In this document: positions 7,426 to 12,865 of the stretch, one piece after another
Position numbering within the stretch: position 1 is the first letter of the stretch
Layout: every line of letters starts with the position of its first letter
Source of the DNA: Campylobacterota bacterium
GTDB taxonomy: Bacteria > Campylobacterota > Campylobacteria > Campylobacterales > Sulfurimonadaceae
DNA: 12,865 bases
Direction of reading: 5' to 3'
Assembly (NCBI GenBank): GCA_034717975.1
Contig: JAYEMF010000106.1
Coordinates: 1-12,865 of the forward strand
Made by a program: the position numbers and the translations under genes
Notes under the pieces: generated by a model
The model's database searches: none
What the model was told of the DNA's origin: nothing
The model's input: only the letters and a program-made list of their open reading frames with translations

Positions 7426-7459
7426 AGATAATCGTTATCAATTAAATAGACGCTATACT
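7426..7459 (+). promoter_or_regulatory. Fur-box-like operator overlapping a promoter
   Basis: AGATAAT-C-GTTATCA (7426-7440) matches 12/14 positions of the 7-1-7 TGATAAT-N-ATTATCA Fur consensus. -10-like TATACT at 7454-7459. Confidence 0.65.
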
Positions 7460-7486
7460 TTTGCCAATTCATCTAAAAGGAAAAAC

Positions 7487-7627
7487 ATGAAAACATTTAT
7501 ATTAGCAGCGGTTTTAACTATCAGTGCCCTTCAGGCAGAGGGTGTTGTTCACTACGATAAGAAAGATGCTAAAGCGTCGAGTATTAGCAAACCTAACTAC
7601 CCAAGCACTGACCTTTATACAAAGTAG
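7487..7627 (+). CDS. Small secreted peptide (46 aa, Sec signal peptide)
   Basis: SD AAAAGG at 7475-7480, then ATG. MKTFILAAVLTISALQA has a K n-region, hydrophobic core and a small-residue cleavage site, giving a predicted 29-aa mature peptide EGVVHYDKKDAKASSISKPNYPSTDLYTK. Confidence 0.65.
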   Translation: MKTFILAAVLTISALQAEGVVHYDKKDAKASSISKPNYPSTDLYTK

Positions 7628-7684
7628 TCATGATGATCTGTTATTGGGAATTTGATTTAATCCATACTCTCTAAAGGAGAAAAG

Positions 7685-8662
7685 ATGGAGGCTTCGACAC
7701 TATTGAAAAAACGATCGCTTGAATATTTTCCTGTACAGCTTTTTGCTGTCATTATGGGAATGTCAGGCCTTACCATTGTTTATGCAAAAGCATATCATCT
7801 CCTGGCAGTGCCATACATTGTGTATGAGGTACTGCTTCTCGCTGACACGCTGCTCTTTTTCGGGATTTTTACCGCCTATATGTTAAAGTGGCTTTTCTAT
7901 CCCGCTGCCGTACAAAAAGAGTTGCATCACCCGATAAAAAGTTCTTTTATGGCAGCCATCTCCATTAGTTTTCTTCTGCTTTCCATCGCTTATTATGATT
8001 ATGCTCCGACGGTCTCTGTTTTGTTCTGGTATATTGGTGCGCCGCTTCAACTCTTTTTTACACTCACCATCATCCGCTACTGGATCCATAATGAGTTCAA
8101 GGTCGTGCACAGCAACCCGGCATGGTTCATCCCTATTGTCGGGAATGTGCTTGTTCCTGTCGTAGGCATTGAAGCCGCCCCGATGTTTGTTTCGCTTTTC
8201 TATTTTGCGATAGGGATCTTTTTCTGGCTTATCTTTTTTGTCATTGTGATGTACCGGATCGTCTTTCACCATCCGCTTGCCAAAAAGCTGATACCGACAC
8301 TTTTTATTTTTATTGCACCTCCGGCTATCGGTTTTGTCAGCTATTTCCGTATGACATCAGGCAGTATCGATCTGGTGAGCATGTTTTTATATTCTGTTGC
8401 CCTTTTTACCCTGTTGCTGCTTCTGTTTATGGTCAGGATGTATGACAGGTCACAGTTCTTTATCTCATGGTGGGCTTATACCTTTCCCCTTGCTGCCATA
8501 ACCATTGCGACACTGCTTTTACATATGGCGATGCAGAGTGTCGTCACGCTCTACGGATCGATCATCCTGATAGCATTGACGACGGGGGTTGTGGGATTTG
8601 TAGCCATAAAGACTTTACAGGCATGCAGAGAAGAAGAGATCTGTATTTTGGAGGAAGAGTAA
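7685..8662 (+). CDS. TDT-family (SLAC1/TehA-like) anion channel/transporter
   Basis: 325 aa, about 10 TM segments. FAVIMGMSGL, ELHHP, NPAWFIPIVGN, LIPTLFIFIAPPA, FFISWWAYTFPLAA are TehA/SLAC1 signatures. SD AAGGAG. Confidence 0.92.
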   Translation: MEASTLLKKRSLEYFPVQLFAVIMGMSGLTIVYAKAYHLLAVPYIVYEVLLLADTLLFFGIFTAYMLKWLFYPAAVQKELHHPIKSSFMAAISISFLLLSIAYYDYAPTVSVLFWYIGAPLQLFFTLTIIRYWIHNEFKVVHSNPAWFIPIVGNVLVPVVGIEAAPMFVSLFYFAIGIFFWLIFFVIVMYRIVFHHPLAKKLIPTLFIFIAPPAIGFVSYFRMTSGSIDLVSMFLYSVALFTLLLLLFMVRMYDRSQFFISWWAYTFPLAAITIATLLLHMAMQSVVTLYGSIILIALTTGVVGFVAIKTLQACREEEICILEEE

Positions 8663-8663
8663 G

Positions 8664-9170
8664 ATGAACAAAAGAAGTATTATTATAGGAATGATTTTGG
8701 GATTGGTCTTTGGTCTGTTCGTTGTCGGAATTGCTTTTAAAATAGCCGCACCGACGATGTTTTTTAAAGAGGTCAGCTCCCCTTACGATTTTGAGAAGAC
8801 CGTAACGCTTATTAGCGACAGGATCAACAAACAGGAGGGCTGGCATGTAAGCTCTGTCATCGATCAGCGTCAGGAAGTGCTAGAGCATGGCGGCAAAGAT
8901 GTCGGGAAGGTCAAGATCATCAAGTTCTGCAACGGAAAACTTTCCGGCGAGATGCTTAAAGAAGATGCGACGAAATTTATGGCAGTGAAAATGCCATTGA
9001 GTATCGCTGTGTATGAAAAAAGTGATGGAAGAGTGACCATAGGCCTGATGAACGGTTACATTATGGCACGGCTTTTCAGTGGAAGCCCGGAAGGTGAGAT
9101 CATGGAACGTGTGGTTACCGATATGGAATCAATCCTCGGATTCATGCACTTTAGATACACCATATTTTAA
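8664..9170 (+). CDS. DUF302-domain protein with an N-terminal membrane anchor
   Basis: SPYDFEKTV, GWHV, IIKFCNG...MPLSIAVYEKSDGRV match DUF302. Starts 1 nt after the TDT stop codon. Confidence 0.85.
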   Translation: MNKRSIIIGMILGLVFGLFVVGIAFKIAAPTMFFKEVSSPYDFEKTVTLISDRINKQEGWHVSSVIDQRQEVLEHGGKDVGKVKIIKFCNGKLSGEMLKEDATKFMAVKMPLSIAVYEKSDGRVTIGLMNGYIMARLFSGSPEGEIMERVVTDMESILGFMHFRYTIF

Positions 9171-9186
9171 AAAAGGATAGATCATT

Positions 9187-9543
9187 ATGATGCCATTTTC
9201 AGATGAAGATATTTATGAAGCAGTTAAAAACCATCTTCCAACCGCCAGTGGGTATGTAAATTCCCATGGCGGAGATATTACATTGCTGGGCACCAAGGAT
9301 GGTACGGCTTATATCGAGCTTATAGGTACTTGCCACGGTTGTGCCATGAGCTTGATGACAACAAAGATGGTCGTGCAGAAAGAGCTTAGAAAACTTATTC
9401 ATCCTGAGTTGAACATTGTAAATATTGACGGCACACCTGAAAATGCACTTCCAACTGATCTTTACAAAGAAGATGAACCGGAGCCTCTGGAATCCGGAGA
9501 ATCAAAAGAGGGATTGATAGATAAGATAAAAAATATTTTTTGA
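9187..9543 (+). CDS. NifU C-terminal (Nfu)-domain Fe-S carrier protein
   Basis: YVNSHGGDITL...YIELIGTCHGCAMSLMTTK: Nfu domain with CxxC. Acidic C-terminal tail. Confidence 0.88.
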   Translation: MMPFSDEDIYEAVKNHLPTASGYVNSHGGDITLLGTKDGTAYIELIGTCHGCAMSLMTTKMVVQKELRKLIHPELNIVNIDGTPENALPTDLYKEDEPEPLESGESKEGLIDKIKNIF

Positions 9544-9551
9544 AGTCGTTA

Positions 9552-9709
9552 CTCAACTTTTGTACACGCCGTCACCCAGGACTTCAAGGTCAAGAGGGAC
9601 AACCTGGGTTGTGATCCGGGGTCCACAGCTGCCGGGTCTTAAACATAAAAATCACTAGATTCCGGGTCAAGCCCGGAATGACAGCCATTTTTCATGTGTG
9701 AAAGTTGAG
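9552..9709. mobile_element. MITE copy 2 (158 bp) with a 28-bp insertion in the first hairpin loop
   Basis: TIRs CTCAACTTTTGTACACG (9552-9568) and CATGTGTGAAAGTTGAG (9693-9709). Flanks GTCGTTA (9545-9551) and GTTGTTA (9710-9716) match at 6/7. By manual alignment it differs from copy 1 by 11 substitutions over 130 bp plus the insertion at 9585-9612. Confidence 0.85.
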
Positions 9710-9819
9710 GTTGTTATTTCAACTGTCGTACATATATGGTAGCCCTGAAAACCCTATAATCAAAACTCTTCTTTAAACAGATTTCATCACCACCTATTTC
9801 TATCTTAGTTGATTCTCCC

Positions 9820-9848
9820 TTGACAAATGAACATATGTGCGCTAAAAT
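9820..9848 (+). promoter_or_regulatory. sigma70-type promoter of the DUF134 operon
   Basis: TTGACA (9820-9825), 17-bp spacer, TAAAAT (9843-9848). Confidence 0.75.
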
Positions 9849-9874
9849 TAGTTTATTGATTGAACATATGTTCA
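9828..9874. promoter_or_regulatory. Tandem palindromic operator (TGAACATATGTTCA), probable DUF134 binding sites
   Basis: TGAACATATGTGCG at 9828-9841 (inside the promoter spacer) and the perfect palindrome TGAACATATGTTCA at 9861-9874, 33 bp apart. Confidence 0.7.
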
Positions 9875-9889
9875 TAAAAAGGTTTAGCA

Positions 9890-10174
9890 ATGAGAGCCAG
9901 AAGATTGAGACGACAGATCGGTTTTTCAGCCGAATATCGCTGCTTTAAACCCTGTGGTGTACGAAACAGAGCATTGGAGCAGATCGTTTTGGAAGAAGAT
10001 GAATTTGAAGCAATTAGATTAATTGACTATGAAGGGCTCTACCAGCAGGAGTGTGCCGACAAGATGGGAATATCCCGAACAACCTTTTCGCGGACGATCG
10101 AAGGGGCACGGAAAAAAATAGCCGATGCGCTTTTAAATGGAAAATCAATTATAATAAATACAAAGGAGCTATGA
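9890..10174 (+). CDS. DUF134-family (UPF0251) HTH DNA-binding protein
   Basis: FKPCG...L..DEFEAIRLIDYEGLYQQECADKMGISRTTFSRTIEGARKKIADALLNGKSIII is the DUF134 signature with a sigma-4-like HTH. Confidence 0.93.
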   Translation: MRARRLRRQIGFSAEYRCFKPCGVRNRALEQIVLEEDEFEAIRLIDYEGLYQQECADKMGISRTTFSRTIEGARKKIADALLNGKSIIINTKEL

Positions 10175-10662
10175 TGAAAGTAGCATTTCCGACAAACGAA
10201 GGTGAAAAAATCGCCAGGCATGCCAGTTTTTGCCAGTCGTTTCTGATTATCGACACGAAAACAGGTGAGAGAGAAGTGGTGGATAATCCGCTTAAAACAG
10301 AGGCTGCAGCAACCGGTGTAGAAAAAGATAAAAGCGGAGGACGGCATCTGGGAAGCGGACCGATCATCTCAGCGCTTTTAGCTGATGCAGGAGTAGATAT
10401 TTATGCCTACCTTGAAGCCGAAGCAAACTTTCTGCTGCACCTTCAAAGAGAGGGTATCGATCTTTATGAAACGCAGGAGAAAGTAATAGAGACGGCTTTG
10501 GAAACTGTTGAAGCAAAGGGAAGTGAGATACAAAAGAGTAGATTTTTCGGTTTGGGCCGGGGAAGAGGCATGGGGCGAGGTTTTGGACGTAGAGCGGGCA
10601 AGGGCCGTGATTTCGGCCGTGGTTTCGGCAGAGGAATGGGCAGAGGTTTCGGAAACCGATAA
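10174..10662 (+). CDS. NifB/NifX-family protein with a Gly/Arg-rich C-terminal tail
   Basis: SD AAGGAG at 10163-10168; ATG at 10174 (alternative 10171). MKVAFPT...IARHASFCQSFLIID...VVDNP; C-terminal GRG(M/F)G repeats. Confidence 0.85.
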   Translation: MKVAFPTNEGEKIARHASFCQSFLIIDTKTGEREVVDNPLKTEAAATGVEKDKSGGRHLGSGPIISALLADAGVDIYAYLEAEANFLLHLQREGIDLYETQEKVIETALETVEAKGSEIQKSRFFGLGRGRGMGRGFGRRAGKGRDFGRGFGRGMGRGFGNR

Positions 10663-11513
10663 TGAAGATCACCATAGCAAGCGGAAAGGGCGGCACAGGA
10701 AAAACCACTCTGGCAACAAACTTGTCATCTTATCTGGCTATGAACAAAAAAGTTGTGCTTGCAGACCTGGATGTAGAAGAGCCGAATTCCGGACTTTTTA
10801 TAAAAGGGGACCTGGTTTTAGAAAAAGCATGTCATAAAATGATACCGCAATGGGTCAGTGATGAATGTGCCCTCTGCGGCAAATGTGCAGAGGTCTGCAA
10901 CTTCAATGCCATTGTCAATCTGAGCGAAGAGATCCTGGTTTTTCCGGAGCTTTGTCACAGCTGTTATGCCTGTTCGGAACTCTGTCCTACCGGTTCCCTT
11001 CCCATGATGTCTCAAAAAATGGGAGTGTTGAAACACATTAAAGCCGATAATTTTGACTTTGTCGAAGGAAGGCTTGATCTGGGTGAAGAGCAGGCGGTGC
11101 CGCTGATCGCTCGGGTGATCGATTATGTGGATGAGCACTTCGGTGATGATGCTGTGAAGATCTTTGATGCTCCTCCGGGAACTTCCTGTCCGGTCATTGA
11201 AGCAAGCCGGGGAAGCGATTTTGTGGTGCTGGTGACCGAACCCACTCCGTTCGGGCTCAATGACCTGAAACTGGCAGTCGGTACGATGCGTGTTTTGAAA
11301 CAGCGATTCGGCGTCATTATCAACCGTCACGGTATCGGTGATGCAAGTGTCGAGCACTACTGCGAGGAGGAGAAAATACCTCTGATCGCCAAGATTCCCA
11401 ATGACAGAAACATTGCGGAACTCTATGCCAAAGGGGCGCTGATCTATCTTGAGCATGCTCCCTTCAAGGCGGCGTTGGATGATATAGTGATATTTTTCGG
11501 AGGGTTCAAATGA
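10662..11513 (+). CDS. MinD/CobQ-like P-loop ATPase with inserted 2x[4Fe-4S] ferredoxin domain (COG1149-type), paralogue A
   Basis: Deviant Walker A SGKGGTGKTT; DLDVEEPN; CALCGKCAEVC and CHSCYACSELC; DAPPGTSCP; VTEPTPFGLNDL. Confidence 0.92.
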   Translation: MKITIASGKGGTGKTTLATNLSSYLAMNKKVVLADLDVEEPNSGLFIKGDLVLEKACHKMIPQWVSDECALCGKCAEVCNFNAIVNLSEEILVFPELCHSCYACSELCPTGSLPMMSQKMGVLKHIKADNFDFVEGRLDLGEEQAVPLIARVIDYVDEHFGDDAVKIFDAPPGTSCPVIEASRGSDFVVLVTEPTPFGLNDLKLAVGTMRVLKQRFGVIINRHGIGDASVEHYCEEEKIPLIAKIPNDRNIAELYAKGALIYLEHAPFKAALDDIVIFFGGFK

Positions 11514-12391
11514 AGGAGATCGTCGTAATATCGGGAAAAGGGGGAACGGGTAAAACCTCCCTTGCCGCATCGTTTGCCTATCTTGAAAAAGAGAACTGTA
11601 CCCTGGGGGACTGTGATGTGGATGCGGCAGATATGCATCTGCTGCTCGACGCTGATTTTAACCATCAGGAAGATTTTTACAGCGGCGAAGTGGCGTTGAT
11701 CGATGAAGATCTCTGTACCAACTGCGGAGAGTGCAAAGAGGTGTGTCGTTTTGATGCCATTCATGTGATCGATGAGCAGCACCGGGTCGACCCTATCTCG
11801 TGCGAGGGGTGCTGGTACTGTTCTAGGGTCTGTCCGACCGAAGCGATCACTATGAAGGTACAAAAAGCGGGTGATTTTTATATCTCTGCCACAAAAACAG
11901 GCAGTAAAATGGTGCACGCGAAGCTGGGGTTTGGGGCTGAAAATTCCGGAAAACTGGTGGCAAAAGTCAAAAAAGAGGCGAAAAGAGTGGCCGAAACCGC
12001 CCAGAAAGAGTTTTTACTGATTGACGGAAGCCCCGGCGTCGGCTGTCCGGTGATCTCGTCGCTCAGCGGGGCAAATCTGGCAGTACTGGTCACCGAAGCG
12101 ACGGTTTCCGGGCTGCATGACCTCAAACGGGTCTACGAACTGGTCAAAACCTTCCATATCAAAGCGGTCTGCATCATCAACAAGTTCGATCTCAATACCG
12201 GGGTGACCGGGGATATTGAACTGTTTTTAGCAAATGAAAATATCCCTCTGGCGGCAAAACTGCCTTATGACGAGACCTTTACCAAAGCGTTGGCACAGGC
12301 GCAGACCATTGTAGAATATGGCGCATCCGATTTAAGCAGGGAGCTTGAGAAGAGCTGGGACAATATAAAAGCAATAGCAAGGAGTGTGTGA
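11510..12391 (+). CDS. MinD/CobQ-like P-loop ATPase with inserted 2x[4Fe-4S] ferredoxin domain (COG1149-type), paralogue B
   Basis: SGKGGTGKTS; DCDVDAAD; CTNCGECKEVC and CEGCWYCSRVC; ENSGKLV; DGSPGVGCP. ATGA overlap with the upstream gene. Confidence 0.92.
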   Translation: MKEIVVISGKGGTGKTSLAASFAYLEKENCTLGDCDVDAADMHLLLDADFNHQEDFYSGEVALIDEDLCTNCGECKEVCRFDAIHVIDEQHRVDPISCEGCWYCSRVCPTEAITMKVQKAGDFYISATKTGSKMVHAKLGFGAENSGKLVAKVKKEAKRVAETAQKEFLLIDGSPGVGCPVISSLSGANLAVLVTEATVSGLHDLKRVYELVKTFHIKAVCIINKFDLNTGVTGDIELFLANENIPLAAKLPYDETFTKALAQAQTIVEYGASDLSRELEKSWDNIKAIARSV

Positions 12392-12732
12392 TGAAGATAG
12401 TGTTTACGGCAAAAGGAAGCAGCTGGGATTCGCCGATGGATCCGCGGTTCGGAAGAATGGATGTACTGGTAACGTATGATGAAGCGAAAGATGAGCTGGT
12501 CGCGGTACCCAACAGCGAAACGGAATCGATGGAGCACGGTGCAGGATTGCAGACAGCCAAAAAAGTCCTTGAGCTGAATCCTGATGTTATCATTACCGGT
12601 AACGGTCCGGGCAGAAAAGCGCTGGAGATCCTGCACCGTTCAAATATCAGGATCTATGTCGGTGCGGGTGATATGAGCATTAAAGAGGCATATGAAGCGT
12701 TTAAAGATGATGCCTTAAGACGATTTGAATAA
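12391..12732 (+). CDS. NifB/NifX-family protein
   Basis: ATG at 12391 (TGATG overlap, SD AAGGAG). MDPRFGR, HGAGLQTA, DVIITGNGPG.KA. Confidence 0.9.
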   Translation: MKIVFTAKGSSWDSPMDPRFGRMDVLVTYDEAKDELVAVPNSETESMEHGAGLQTAKKVLELNPDVIITGNGPGRKALEILHRSNIRIYVGAGDMSIKEAYEAFKDDALRRFE

Positions 12733-12745
12733 AAAGGAAGAGAAG

Positions 12746-12865
12746 ATGAGACTGGTATTTCCAACAGATGAGAACATGGGGTATCTCTCCAAAAGGGGAG
12801 CGCATTTTGGCAAAGCAAAATTTTATACGGTAATCACCATTGAAAATGAAAAGATTGTAGAAGTG
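12746..12865 (+). CDS. NifB/NifX-family protein, 5' part only (runs off the window)
   Basis: Not in the ORF track. Reads MRLVFPTDENMGYLSKRGAHFGKAKFYTVITIENEKIVEV with the HFG motif; SD AAGGA upstream. Confidence 0.85.
   Translation, partial: MRLVFPTDENMGYLSKRGAHFGKAKFYTVITIENEKIVEV

Noticed and set aside
7685..8662. Assigning tehA/tehB tellurite resistance to the TDT channel plus the nearby methyltransferase
   Set aside because: The methyltransferase is on the opposite strand in another unit and lacks recognisable TehB features. TDT substrate cannot be read from sequence.
5238..9709. CRISPR array or integron attC array formed by the palindromic repeats
   Set aside because: Only two dispersed copies 4.3 kb apart, no regular spacers, no cas or integrase gene. 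TIRs and TSDs fit a MITE better.
5238..9709. Composite transposon bounded by the two MITE copies
   Set aside because: Each copy has its own 7-bp flanking duplication and the outer flanks (TAAGATT vs GTTGTTA) differ, indicating independent insertions.
9890..12865. Nitrogen-fixation (nif) cluster, suggested by NifB/NifX, NifU-like and NifH-like ATPase similarities
   Set aside because: No nifHDK/nifEN or radical-SAM NifB in the window. The ATPases have the COG1149 ferredoxin insert rather than NifH motifs.

Overview
A 12.9-kb window that looks like Campylobacterota (Sulfurovum/Sulfurimonas-like) chromosome; this is inferred from gene content and TGnTAnnnT-type promoters and is not proven. Left part: a two-barrel MipA/OmpV-type outer-membrane protein, a DUF4156-like lipoprotein, a fused TIGR03546-TIGR03545-like membrane protein preceded by a perfect 35-bp palindrome, rubrerythrin, and a NifB/NifX-family protein with an apparent signal peptide. 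Middle: a small hypothetical protein, a decayed 3' remnant of a family-4 uracil-DNA glycosylase, a class I SAM methyltransferase and a standalone protein with HEPN RNase motifs (E-x3-K ... RNxxxH). Next comes a Fur-box-preceded unit encoding a 46-aa secreted peptide, a TDT/SLAC1 channel, a DUF302 protein and a NifU-C-domain protein. Right part: a largely translationally coupled operon, DUF134 regulator - NifB/NifX(+Gly/Arg tail) - two MinD-like 2x[4Fe-4S] ATPases - NifB/NifX - NifB/NifX (truncated by the window edge). It is driven by a near-consensus sigma70 promoter carrying two copies of a TGAACATATGTTCA palindrome, the likely DUF134 operator. Two copies of a composite MITE (17-bp TIRs, 7-bp target duplication, internal REP/RPE-like hairpin pair) sit in intergenic regions, and one copy has a 28-bp insertion in its hairpin loop. 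No rRNA, tRNA, CRISPR array or transposase was seen. Family calls come from motif recognition only; no database searches were run.
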